Shown here piece after piece: positions 49,115 to 61,761 of a stretch of DNA of 64,000 nt (positions within the stretch are counted from its first letter, which is position 1; each line of letters starts with the position of its first letter). The translations under genes and the position numbers were made by a program. The notes beneath the pieces were generated by a model that was not told the origin of the DNA, searched no databases, and saw only the letters and a list, made by a program, of their open reading frames with translations. This DNA comes from Lama glama. Lineage: Eukaryota. The DNA is taken from assembly GCA_028534125.1 (NCBI GenBank), contig CM052840.1, positions 8,060,001-8,124,000 on the forward strand, in the 5' to 3' direction.

Positions 49115-50369
49115 TAACTGTTTGCATGTGTGTTGGTCTTTTCACCTTTGGGTGCCAGTGTCTATCATGGGGTAAGCACAGAATGTGTAATCAAATAAAT
49201 GAAATACATATAGAGGTATAGCAACAGAGGCTGGGAGTCCTCTGTCCATCTTCATTGGTATTCCTTCTTTGCTGAGGCTTTATTTCCCTAGGCCAGAGCT
49301 GTTTCTTTCGTGTGCTAATCTGTGGTTGGAAGGACCTTTTACTTATGAATCAGATCAACATCTAGGTTAGAGAAATTTAAGCAAAGGGGGCCTTCAGCCT
49401 CGCATGGCTGCTTCTGAGCTGCGGTGAAGAAAAGTAACCAAAACCCTCTGTTCAAACCCCATGTCTTCCAAGCCATGGGGTGGAAGGCAGTGGAAGAGGT
49501 GGAGGGGGCCCTGGCAGCTGGAAGGTGACTTTTCACGGAATGTGAGAATGCGGGGTGACAGACTGACAAGCACGAGCTGCATTAAGGGTGCTGTCATCGG
49601 TCGGCCTGGGCTGGTGCACTGCCGTTTCCTGGCAGTGTATTTTAAACATAGTTTTCTTCGTAATTTAAGCTCATAAATTCATGGCTGTTGCTTAGTGGAC
49701 CGTTTCTCCACCTCGAGCCACTTGAGTTCAGTGCAGGCATTTTTCTGAAATGAGGCTGTTTCTTTTCCAGTGTTCCTAAATCACAGTCCCCTTCACCAGG
49801 AAAATAAGCCTGCTTCAGCCACCACTCCCCTGGAAAGACGACCCAGCAGTTAAGATGACTGTTTTGCTCAGCTGTTGGAAACCTTTCTTAATGAAAGAGG
49901 GGAAACTTACTTGCAATGAAAAAGTAAACAAGTAGATGACTTTGCATAGTTAATCCTTGAAACAGTCAATTGTTTACTGTATTAGAATTGCTTATCTAGG
50001 TCTACGTCCGTCTGTACATCTTTGTGCTGGTTAGAGCCCCCAGAAATCAGAAAGTTAAAAAACAAATTTCTCCAAGATTTGTCTAGGTAGGTGTTTATTC
50101 AGAAACTTTTGAGGTTTGAGAAAATTCTTTCATTAACATGTAATATCCATCTGTAATAAGACAGGATGGTCAGAATCAATCTAGGCATTGTGACAGGCTT
50201 AAAGCTCATTTAACATAGTCTGGCATCTGCCGGAGGCTTTTTCGGTCAGAGTAGTTCCTATAGGTTATTCAACGAGAGCTACTTGCCTCCTAAAATAACC
50301 TAGAACAACACTTTCCCTCTAGCCCTGCTCTAGTCACCCTTGCATACAGGTCATACTTCTTCTTATCAG

Positions 50370-52050
50370 TGAAACTTTGCACATGCTGTTCTCTCTGCTT
50401 AGAATGCTTGTCCCCCACTTTAAAAATTGGGGGTGGGAGTAATTAAGTTTATTTATTTATTTATTGTTAATGGCGGTTTTAGGGATTGGACCCAGGACCT
50501 CGTGCATGCTAAGCATGCACTCTACTACTAAGCTATACCGTCCCCGCCTCCCCTTTCTCTTAAGTTCTACTGATCCTTTGGATCTTCGTTCAGGCATGAC
50601 TCTCTGAAAAGCATTGCCAGACCAGGTCATATCCCTTAAGCACTAAGCACTGCCCTAGCACTTGAGACTGTTGACAGTTTGTGTTTATTTACGTGATTAT
50701 CTGATTAATGTCAGCTTCCTCTGCCAGACTGTACAAGGCTCTGTGAGGACGGGATAAGTCAGGTTTCTTTTTTCTCTTTCTTTCTTTTTGGTGTGTGTGT
50801 TACTGTTATATCACCAGCCTTTATCACTGTTGTTGGAACATAGTGAGCATGGAATAAGTATTTAAAAGTTGAATGACTTATGTCATGGACTCTCACACTA
50901 GCTCTGTCACTGGCTTAGTCGGGAAGTTATTTAGCTTCATAGGTCCTCACTTCCCTCATTAGCAAGAAAATGCCTCTTCAATTCCCCAAATTCTAGGATA
51001 TTTATGGTTTCTGTCTTAAGCCTACAAGATTGACCAGCCTAAAGCTAGAAAGCCAGCCCTGTTACCCGCCTGCCGTATATCTCCACATGTGGAGAAGCTG
51101 TATGCCAAGCAAGAAATTAGAACTGCCCTTGACATCTTAACCTTTTTCCCTAATGCCACTGCCCTGATTCCAGCTTTCCTCAACTCTTATTTAAAAGACT
51201 GCAAATTGTGCTCCCTTCACTGGTGGTCCTATGCCTAGTCCTCTCCCCTTCCAGTCTATCTGCAAAGCTGCCAGCAGAACTGTCTAAAACAGGGGAATGA
51301 TCGTGGCTCCCCTTTGTTTACACACCTCCAGCAACTCCCACACCACCTCTGGGACAAAACTCACCTCTTGAGACGATGCCCTTCCACTGCTCCTTCCTCA
51401 CCTCCTGCCCGCACCCTGAGGACTCATGCTCCGCTCAGAACTCCTTACACAGCTGCAACTACACACTGCTCTTTCTTTCATGTAATTCTCGCAGCCCAGA
51501 AAACTATTTCCCCTTCCTGCACTTGCAAAGTCCCTTTCATCTTTTAGGCTCCACTTAAATGTTACTGGAACGTGTCACCTGCCTTGACCAAATTCTCATT
51601 CCCCAGGCTGTTTCTCACTTACCGCCTGTGTTCCCACAGAACACTTTGTACAAACCACCATAATAACACTTATCTCAGAGAGCTATCTATATTTGCAGAA
51701 GGATGTTTGGATAAAGAGCATAGGCCTCAAATTCAGACTGATGGGAGGCTGAAACCAAATTCTGCAATTCAGTGGTGTAGCCCTGGATATGATTCTTTCT
51801 GAATCTTAGTTTCCTAGTTTTGGAAATGGGAGCCGTAACTCCTAACTCATTGGGCAGTTGGAATTACAGATTAAATGGGATAATGTGTTTATGGAGCTTA
51901 GCACAATGCCTGGCCCATAATATTCAGTAACTAATGGTAATTATTATTGCATTGTGAATGTGCAAATGCAAAGGCCCAGGCCTACAGTTTGTCCATCTCT
52001 CTATCCCAGTGACTGGCCATAGTGGGAGCTAGTGAATGCTTCTTAAAATG
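50370..52050 (+). mobile_element. Cluster of L2 fragments with an embedded MIR (~51700-51950)
   Basis: CTTTGCACATGCTGTTCTCTCTGCTTAGAATGC, L2 termini at ~50875 and ~52045; MIR core TAGTTTCCT...GAAATGGG...GCTTAGCACAATGCCTGGC. Confidence 0.7.
50429..50545 (-). mobile_element. Vic-1-type camelid SINE, inserted in an L2
   Basis: Reverse complement reads GGGGACGGTATAGCTTAGTAGTAGAGTGCATGCTTAGCATGCACGAGGTCCTGGGTCCAATCCC...(AAAT)n AACTTAATTAC. Confidence 0.88.
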
Positions 52051-52559
52051 AGAGTATCCACGATGTATTTTTCTTTACTGGAAGGCTAGAGAGGCTTATT
52101 CATTTTAGGAATTTTATTGAAGTGTCAAAAATTCTACTAATCTCATGACATACTCCAAATCACATTCACATTACCCTTGCTGAACGAGTCCTGAGCTTAA
52201 CACATGCAACATATTTTGAGATCAAACTTGAGTTTTAAGTATTAGTGTTTTCCGCTCAGTTCTCTCTCCACACTTTCAGCCCTTAATGCGTGCACATCAA
52301 TTTCAGCCTTTACACAATCCTATGTGGATCAGATTATCCTTTCTCATATGAAAAACTCTAGTTGCATGTAAGTGTATAGGACTTACGTGCTAAGCACTGT
52401 TCTATGAGCTTTACATGTTTAAATCGTCCATGTGACTCATAACCTAATTGACTTTTCTAAGATGACAGAGAGTGGTCAAACCGATTAGAACCACCGTAAA
52501 TTCTAGCCGTGTGTTCTGGCTACAGCACAGCGTTGACTCCAACAAGTCTTAATATCCTG

Positions 52560-53960
52560 GACGGCAAGGTTACCTCCCGCCGCCTCCGCAGCCTCCTTCG
52601 CACCGTTGTTCCCTGTATGCAGAGGCTCTCAGCGAGCATTTCCTTTTCCGTCCACGTAATTAACTTCCACTGAAGGAGCAGGGGGGAGAGTAGGTTCGCA
52701 ACGAATACTTGAAACACTCCCTAGAAGGTTTAAAGCCTCCCAGGGGTTAAAAACCTTTAACCCTGCGGACGCACCCTTTAACCGGCAGCACATCAAACTT
52801 TTCTACAGCAGTTTCGCTTCGGTGTTCCCGGAAGACTCCTTGACAAGGGCATAGGAAGACAAGGCTGAGAAACATCTTGGCCCCCTGCTCGATTAACCAA
52901 GGGCGGGCGGGCGGGCCGGCCATCCTACCGCCCGGCCTGGGGTAGGCGTCGGATACCTGGCCCCTGGGCAACCCCATCCCGCCCACCGGAAAGCGGGCAG
53001 CGTCCCGCGCTCTCCGTGGAGACGCCCGCGGAGGCGCAGACGCCTCCCGCCCTCCTTCCAGGAGCCGCCTGGGCTGCAGCTCCCGGCGGCGGCCACACCG
53101 GAAGCGGCCCCGGGCGCGTGCGGGGCAGCCGCGCAGGGTCCCGCGCGCGGGGCGGGGCCGCCGGGTCTTACCCCGCCTCCCGGGGGCGCGCGAGGGCCAG
53201 GCGGGGCCGCCGTCCCTTCCGGGGAGCGGTGGCCGCCGCCGCCTCCGCGTCCGCCGGGCGGCTCCCCACCCCGCCCCCCGCGGCTGTGGGTGACGCTTCT
53301 CCAATAACAGCTCGCGGGGAGCCGGCGCTCCGGGCTCCGCCAGCCCGGCCCGCTCTGCGCCAGCCCCGCCGCCAGCATGAGGGCCGAGGGCGACGGCGCT
53401 CTGGAGCGCTTCTGCAGCCCGGGCAAGGGCCGGGGGCTGCGGGCCCTGCAGCCCTTCCAGGTGGGGGACTTGCTCTTCTCCTGCCCGGCCTACGCCTACG
53501 TGCTCACGGTCAACGAGCGGGGCAACCACTGCGAGTTCTGCTTCGCCAGGTAGGGCGGCGGGCGGGAGCCGGGGGCGCCGCGGGGGCGGGCGGGCGGGCG
53601 GACCGCGGCGGGAGGAAGTGCGCGCGGCGCGCGGGGTCCTAGCGCCCGGGGCTGGGGGTGGGGTGGGGTGATGGGGCAGGCGGCGCCTTTGAACCCCAGG
53701 CCTGGCTATGCCACGTGCGTTAGGAAAGACGAGCCAAGTTCCCGCTGCACGCCCATCGCCGCACGTTTTCCGAGTTGCCCCGGCAGGATGTGCGATGTGC
53801 AAACCAGTGAGGGCGGGGTTCTGCCCTCAAACGCGGGCTCGGAGCCAGGCTGGCTCCCAGCACGGGCGCTGCCCACGAGGTGCGTTGCCAGCGGGGCCCC
53901 AGGTTCTCGCAGCCAGAGCCGGTCACCTTTAACTTGTGCTTCCTGCGGTGTGTTCTGTGC
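52560..53960 (+). promoter_or_regulatory. SMYD2: CpG island / TATA-less promoter of SMYD2
   Basis: Very high GC and CpG density around exon 1. GC boxes (GGGGCGGGG ~53149, CCCGCCCCC ~53270), ETS core CCGGAAG (~52828, ~53098), CRE half-site TGACG 53291-53295, CCAAT 53301-53305. Confidence 0.92.
53377..53549 (+). CDS. SMYD2: SMYD2 (SET and MYND domain lysine methyltransferase 2), coding part of exon 1
   Basis: ATG at 53377 in context gccgccagcATGa; 173 nt translate to MRAEGDGALERFCSPGKGRGLRALQPFQVGDLLFSCPAYAYVLTVNERGNHCEFCFA(R), near-identical to the mammalian SMYD2 N-terminus (N-terminal SET segment plus first MYND cysteines). Ends at donor CCAG|GTAGGG (phase 2). Not in the ORF track because the open stretch is only 58 codons. 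Confidence 0.98.
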
Positions 53961-54727
53961 CCCACAGCCTGCCTCTGCCGCAGACTTGCCGTGTTTCCTC
54001 CAGGGAACGTAATGACACCTAATATTTCATGTAAATTACGTGGCTCCTCCACTTTCTTCTTACTGTCTGCACTTGGTATTTGGAGAGAAGCCAGAGGGAG
54101 TCTGAGGGGCTGCCCAGGTGGGACGTATCTAGCCCTGATTTGGAATTGGAAGAATATGGTTGCTGGGGGATGAGGCAAAACGTATGGTTGCAACTGGTAT
54201 TTAATTTGTAGCATATCATGTATAGATGTCTGTGTTCGTATATATGCATTTGTATTGCATACACCAAAGCGTAATTAAATCTTCAAGCTTTATGACAGCT
54301 TCAGACCTGAGAGGCACATTTGAAATCATCGATACAACCCTCTTTCCATTTTACAGGCGAGGAAACTAATGCCCAGAGAGAAAGTGTGACTGTGAATATA
54401 TATTCATACCTGTAGTTAGAAAATGAAATCTGGTGCCTTAAGTTATGCCCATTTCTTGCCTTGTTAAGTGCTCAGTGAAATTACTGAGGCAGGAAGTATG
54501 GCATTGGAGTTAAGTTGTACACGGCTTTCCAGGACTCTGCTTTACTTTCTTTGAACCTCAGTTTCTTCATCATTGAAATGGAGATACCTGGGCTAGATTA
54601 AGCCCACCTGAGGTACTGCAGGTACCTTTTGAGTATGAGTTTCAAGCCCAATATACGCTGAAGGACTCAATCTCCGAGATGTATTCGTCTTATTCCATGA
54701 TAAGACAGAGCAAGAGAAGAGACAAAA

Positions 54728-55003
54728 NNNNNNNNNNNNNNNNNNNNNNNNNNNNNNNNNNNNNNNNNNNNNNNNNNNNNNNNNNNNNNNNNNNNNNNNN
54801 NNNNNNNNNNNNNNNNNNNNNNNNNNNNNNNNNNNNNNNNNNNNNNNNNNNNNNNNNNNNNNNNNNNNNNNNNNNNNNNNNNNNNNNNNNNNNNNNNNNN
54901 NNNNNNNNNNNNNNNNNNNNNNNNNNNNNNNNNNNNNNNNNNNNNNNNNNNNNNNNNNNNNNNNNNNNNNNNNNNNNNNNNNNNNNNNNNNNNNNNNNNN
55001 NNN
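54728..55003. other. Assembly gap
   Basis: Run of N. Confidence 1.
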
Positions 55004-58000
55004 TGTGGGTGTCTGGAGTGGCGGGAGCAAAGCAAGGTCACCCAGCACTGAAGGGACCTCCCTCCATCAGGGATCCTGGTGATTTCCGGCGTTCCTTGCG
55101 TGCGAGAAGACTGCGGTACCAGGCACATAGTAGGTACTCAGGTGACAGTTATCAGCCCACTTCTCCAGTGAATTAAAGATCAAATCCATCTGGATTCGGA
55201 GTGGAGAAGCAGAGCTGAGAGATGTTTCTCTTTCGCTATGATCCTCCTAACCGCATTACTACTGCCTCCGCCTTCCCGACATTAGCATAGAACAAGAATA
55301 TACCATCATATGCAACTTCACACAGCGCCCTGCCTTAGTGGCGAAGTTTGCCTTTGTTTGCGCTGTTTCTAAATGACATTGATTAGTGTCCCTAACTGTT
55401 GCCTTAGACCCCTCACCAGGGCTGCCCCTATATTGGGATGGGACCTCCCTCTACTTTTCCCTGTTTGGCTTAGGTGAACTTCTTTTGTTTGTTTGTTTTT
55501 TATTGAAGTAGAGTTGACTTACAATGTTGTTAGTTTCAGGTAATACAGCAAAGTGCCTCTGTTGTGCATATATATGTATCTACACTACAGTTTCTTCTCT
55601 CTCCCCAAGGACTCATTGGAAATCAACTAAAATAATACACAAGAAATAATAACACTATGATACCTGTGAAATTAGAAATACCTTTGTACTCTATGATTTC
55701 TGTTAAGACCAATTAGTTTAGAAGTAGTGGTTAGATCATTTTCACAGATTTAGCACCATCTCCTCTGTCAACTGTTTGTATATGACCAAGGGGAGATTAA
55801 TGTGTCTGACTGTACTAGAGGAACACATGTAGGTTCTCATGGTTTCCTCAGCGGGTAGGAGCAGAGTTCTCAAATGCTGCAGCATACAGCAAAACCCACA
55901 ACTTCCCCTCCCCCTCATAAAAAGAAAACTACTCCTTATTGTTTCTTGTGACAGAAGTTTAAATAATACTGCTTAAAGATAAATGAGCCACTAGAGATTT
56001 TCCCTGTCACATTGTATCAAGGTTTGCCTTATTTTGAAGGAAAATAAGTGATTTTTTTCAGGAATAAGTGTATTCTATAATTTGAAAAATAACGGGAAGT
56101 CTTAGATCACAGCAGCGTGGGATGCATACTGCCAGAGCAATTCAGACAAAGATTTGTTTCTGGGAGTTTTATATTTGTGTCACATTTTCTCAGTTCGGTG
56201 GGTGACACTTGGGGAGATATATATCTTGCCTCACTGCTAGAAGGCAGCTCCTAAGAATATAAATGTCTTCTAGTTGGGAGCTGTCTTTGAGACCTCTCAG
56301 ATGTATTTCATGTACACACAGCACACACACAGCCCTCCCTTGGCCATTGGCCAACTTTTTGTGGCACTTTTTTTTTTTAAATTGTATCTCACTTGGTATT
56401 TGACATATCTCAACACTTGGTATTGTCTCAGAAAGGGCAAAGTCTGTAACCCTGTGTTCCATCTGAATATTCATTCTGTGTGCAGTTCCTCAGGTGGGCA
56501 GATGTAACCTTCTTGATCTTTTATTCTCTTGGCTCATGGGTCACTTAAGAGCAGGAATGTTGTCTTTTTTGTTAGTTTGTTCAGGGTATGGGGGCAAAGT
56601 AGGAAGGCTCACTTGACCTCCTTGGAAGAGGGCTGTTGGAACTTGGTTTCAGGGAATTTATATTCTGTCTGGCTCACTCGGTGTGGTTGATTTAAATATT
56701 ACAATGTTTGCATGAGCAGAACACTGTGATTGAGATGTTCTGTTTCAGCAGTTATGAAGATGTAATGTCCTCCAGACTTTTTCTGTAGCAGTATTCGTCA
56801 CTTTCCTAGTGTGTTACCAGTCGGAGGTAATCTTGAGTTGATTTTAATCAGTTTAAGAGCCCTGACTCTTGATGCTGGGCGTAAGGTTCTCTGAAACAGC
56901 TCTGGCCTGGCCTGGCTGCCAGGGCTGCTCTCGGAAGAGGGTGATGTCAGCAGGGCTGCTGTGACTCTGCGTATTCCAAGAATATTCTCTGAGAAGTGGA
57001 GAGGCTCTAAGGAGAGAAATGGCTTCAGAGAACTCAAATTATCTTGCTTTCTGAGTGGAAAATTGGACACAAGCTTTAATAAAGGATTCTCTCCATCTTT
57101 TTACATGGATTTTTGAGGAAATGAGTAGGAAGATGAAAATATACACACAATAGACTTCCTTTAAAAAATTACATTAAAGAACATGAAGTTCAGCCATCCG
57201 TATATTTGATAATGAGATACTGTGTCGCCACTTTCAACATTCCAATACTTCAACCTTTTCATTTTTTTAGGGACTGCAGAGGAGGGACTTTGGTGCCAGA
57301 ATGACTTGGTTTGAATTCTGGCTTCCTCCTTTCCCGATGGTTTGTCTCGAGCCAAATTATTAACCTCTCCGAACTCCCAGGTTCGTTTATCTGTAAAGTG
57401 TGCACATTAACACCTCCTTGCTGAGCTCTTCCTGAGATAGTGAAGGTCAAGTGCTCAGCACCGCCCTAACTCTTAGGGAGCTGTCAGATTTGGCCTGGTG
57501 TCTCACTGGTACATACTTGTTTTTGAAGAGCTCCGTTGGCTAAATGTTAAAAAGTGTGGTAAAATATTCTGATTTCAGGGACCTTTTTTATGGTGGTGGG
57601 GGAGGACTGGGAAGGAAATAATGGAGCTTGTCGGCCAGTGGAGTCATCATTCAGATGAGCATGTTGACCCAGAGTTAAAAGCAGCAGTTTTCAATCTTGG
57701 GGACCCCAGCATTATGGGTGTCTGGAATCAGTTTTCAGTATGTTTCAAAACCTGATAGAAATGATGTTGGTGAACCTACACAGGTAAAGCTTTTTTTTTT
57801 TTAAAGCGCCTTTTCTAGCTTCGAAGTGTTTAGATAACTTTAACATTCTTTTACCCTGGGATTAAACAAATGTTTGAAAAGAGAAATGGAGGAAAACAGA
57901 ATTTTCCACCTAGCAAATATACCGTGGCTCCTCTGCCCTTTGGTTTTAGTGTGATTCTTTCCTCTGTGGCATCGAGCAATTCTGTAAGACTTCCGATGTG

Positions 58001-59764
58001 CCAAGTGCCTGAATGCACACATTTTTCATATCTGGGAAGCATAATTTCTTTTAGAGCTGATTGGGGCTCAGTGACCAAGCTGCACGGATTTGAGATGAAA
58101 GAGGCAGAAAAGCAGCAGGATATCCTGAAGTGAAATTCAAACCCTGGGGAGTGAAAACCATCATCTAACAGCTTTCCCTCCCAGGAGCAATTGCACAAAA
58201 TCCTCGCAATCAAAAAAAATTTGAAGGGCCCATATAAAATGACATTCCTTTAAGTCATGGTGCTCTCTGCAGCTCACAGAGCGTTTCCAGATACATTCTT
58301 ATTTTTTGATCTTGATTTTTGGCTTGTGTAGAGAGGACCTCAGCCCATTTTAGGTAGGAAGAAACTGAGTATTGGACAGGTCTAGTCATTTTGTTGAGTT
58401 TCGCATTTTTGGGGTCAAGTATTTATTGAGTGCCTTCTAAGGGCCAGCCTCTGTGCCCTTCATGGAGGGAACCACGTCTTTTCTGAGCGTAGTTTTCCTT
58501 CCCTGCCCCTTTTGACCTGAATCACTGGTGTGGTTCACACCTGGACACAGGGGTTAATTCTCTGAGTCCTCCTCGAGAGACTGATTTTTATCACCTGTTT
58601 TCTTTTACTATCCCCTCCCCCAATAGATAATTTAACAGATTAATGCATTGTTTCTGAAAGCTCAACAAATGAATTGATTCAGCTGTCTGGGATCTATATC
58701 TTACGTTGCTATGGGTTCAGAGATGTTTATATAACATGGTGAAATGTAAAAAGAATACAAGGCTTGGGTCCTTTGTGCGTTCGAAATATTTTTAAATATG
58801 TTTGGACTAAGATGCATTTTCCACCTTGGTCTTTACAGCTACATTTAAAGAGTTCGTTTCTGTTCCCTCTGGTAGGGCAGCATGAGAGTATGACCCCTCA
58901 CACACACACACACCTTTTTTTTTTTCTCAGACATGCCCATTCTTCAGAACTCTGTACAAAGTTAAATAGGGGTGGTTTACAAATACAATTTAGGGGGCCC
59001 CTGGATAGTATTCCTGTAGGACAAGCAGATCGTACACTATCTGTTCGAAGATTCTTTAAAAACTGCTTAGAAATGTCTTAAATTTCTTCAGGAAGGTTGA
59101 GGGCTCACGGCTGTAGTTCAGCAGCAGCTGGTCTTCAGGAGAACTCAGAATGGGTGAGAACCCGGGACAGAGAAGTCGTCTGTGATGGAGCTTGAGATAG
59201 AGAATTGCAGAGAAAGTTTCTTCTTGATTTTGGTGTTTGAGACTTACTTCTTTGGCCAGAGATTGACATCCCCTTTCTTATTCTTGTCAATATAAAGAAA
59301 ACACAAATAATTATAATTTTATGCCACTTTATTTGTTTCCCAAGGAGGCAGTGATTAATTATAAATATCCCTGATATAACTGGAGCCATCAGTAGCTAAA
59401 GTCATTGCACCGTGCACACACACACACCCTGTTTTTTGGATGTCTGATGTAGAGTGAAGTAATCATGTTTTTCCTTTCAAGGCATACTTTTATCTGATCT
59501 GTGCAAGGACAATTTGATTGAAAAGAAACTGGTCAGCCTAGTGGCTAGGTGGCTTCTGGAGCATTCTTCTTCCCCCGGAGAGCGGCTAGTTCTGGGACCA
59601 GAGGTCTCCGTCCCCTCTCAAGGGATTTGATTTGCATTCTCAGCCTCTTTCCATCACCATCGCTTTCCCACTGGCATCCCCGACCCTCACATCTCTGGAC
59701 TTCTAGCACATCTCTGGTAGTTTAGGGGTGCAGTCCTCCAGCAGGGAATTGACTGAAGTAACTG

Positions 59765-59823
59765 CCTTTTCAGGGGCTGAACCCGTGACCTTGGCCTCAT
59801 TAGCACGGGCGCTCTAACCAGTC
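59765..59823 (-). repeat. Degenerate tRNA-Ile(AAT)-derived fragment (old SINE head or tRNA pseudogene; possibly MamSINE1-type)
   Basis: Reverse complement CTGGTTAGAGCGCCCGTGCTAATGAGGCCAAGGTCACGGGTTCAGCCCC resembles the D-arm to T-arm of tRNA-Ile(AAT); acceptor stem missing. Confidence 0.6.
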
Positions 59824-61035
59824 ACAAAGCCACACACCTCACTCTGTATAACTTCTGCTGACTCTGTTCCTACCACCCTCGGAGGCCTCCTTTTCAATTG
59901 CAAAGGCGTTCACACCAACACAATAGAACAGAAGGAAATCAGATCTCTTCAAGACTTCTCTGAAGGACAGAGATATGCAATGCAGCAGAAAAATAATACC
60001 CCAAAGTCTTGACGGTTCAGGAAACAACTTATCTTTCTAGTCCATGCATTTGCTGAGCATCCAGCTGTGTGTCTCAGATTTTTCTTCAATCAGAAATGTA
60101 AAGATAGTCTGGAAGTCCTCGTGCCAATTTATTAATGTAAAATCTGGTGACAAAGTGGAAGGTTTCAGATGACCGAGTGAAAATATTGCATGTATATTAC
60201 TAAAATGGATTGGGTTAGCTTTTTAAAGGAGGAGTAGCTCTGAAAATCGGCAAGTGCTTATCTTTGGCAAGTGGATAGTCCCTGGAAGGCAGGCTGAATG
60301 CTTGCTGTGATCAGTGAGACGCCAGTGTGTATCAGCAAGTGTGCCGTGATGCACACGGCGGGTCAGTGCCCAGGGGATCTGGAGTCACCACGGAGGAGAG
60401 AAAAAATAAGGCCGACTCCCCGAGAAGTGAATTTCACACCAGGGCTGGGAGTCATGGTCGCAGCCTAGGGGAGGGAGGTGGAGAGGAAATCTGGCTGACC
60501 AACAAGACATGGTTTTTTATCCAAGCCAAATGAAAAATCTCAAGGATTTTGTGTCCTGGCACTTGAAGAGAGCTATGTCGCCATCTGCGACGAAATGAAA
60601 AGATCTCAGACAGGATCTTTTCAGTCTGTGAGCACCAGGAAAGACTCGTCAGGGCAGGTGGGTCCTGGCCTCGTATTTTGTTGATTTTTCTCACCTGGTG
60701 ATGTTTGTACAGGAAACCCTTACCCATGTGCCACCTGAGAAATCTCTTACCTGTCAGTTACATAAGTCGGTAGCCAAGTGACAATTGCTATTCACAGCGA
60801 AAGCCTCACATGTTCTTCAAACCTCAGCAGTTAAGAGGTATTTAGTTATGAGCAGATGCGAGCCTCCCTGAGAGCAGGGATTCTGTTTTTAATGTATTCA
60901 GCAGATACTTATATTGCTGGAGCACTCGCCAGGTTCTGAATTCCTAGGGAAACCGCTGTGCAGAAAAGGGACAAAAATCCCACCCTCCACGGGGCTTATA
61001 TTCTAGTAGGTTTTATTCATCTTTGTTTTACCCAC

Positions 61036-61501
61036 TGTTGGCTGGGGTGAAAAAAAGCACAACGAGAGAGCTGCACGTTAAGTTTTATTAGCGGCAAGAT
61101 GAGGCCTGTAGCCTGGGAAACAGCATCTCAGATACTCTGAGGAACTGCTCCGAAGAGGCGGGGGTAGGGGGAGGTCAGTGTACGTGTGATTTCGGTGAAG
61201 GGGGACACGTGCAATCAAGCACACGTTTCGCTAGAAGGTTGTTGCTAGTCACGAGGGGCAGAAGTCTCTATTAGTGATCTTAGTGCTTTTCTAGATAATC
61301 AAAAGGTACAAGAAGCTGGGCTGGGAAAATCCTCTGAAAATATGCAACTACCTGAAGGCCAGTTTTTCCCAGAGCACAGAGTGCCTCGTTCCCCATCTTC
61401 ACCCTGAACACCTTTCAGGGTGTGTTGAAGGTCAACGACTGCAGTGGCTTGTGACTTCAACCTTGCAGAGGCAGATGGCAAGCGACAGTTTTTAGTTGAC
61501 A
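61036..61501 (-). mobile_element. MER41-like ERV1 solo LTR in SMYD2 intron 1
   Basis: TG...CA ends; 4-bp TSD CCAC/CCGC; CAGCATCTCAGATACTCTGAGGAACTGCTCCGAAGAGG motif typical of laurasiatherian MER41-like LTRs; TTTATT (reverse poly(A) signal) near left end. Confidence 0.8.
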
Positions 61502-61761
61502 CCGCAGTACCTTGAACTTTGTCATTTCAGCAGATTTTTTTGTTGAAGGCAGTAAGGTTTTGGGTTGAGCATTTTCTTTTTCTTTTATTTCTTTGAAACA
61601 CTGATAATCCACGTGTGACATAAAACTATGTTGATTGAGAAATTTAGTCACACATCCTCGTCCATGACTTAACACTAAACTCAGGAAGAACTTTGATCGG
61701 ATAATACTTAGGTGAAGGACATGGTAACATCCCTACGTTGTGTTAAAACAGCAGCACTTTG

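Noticed and set aside
52747-53802. 351-aa minus ORF and overlapping 177-aa and 208-aa ORFs
   Set aside because: Arg/Pro/Gly/Ala-rich products of a stop-poor CpG island; the real coding frame is SMYD2 exon 1.
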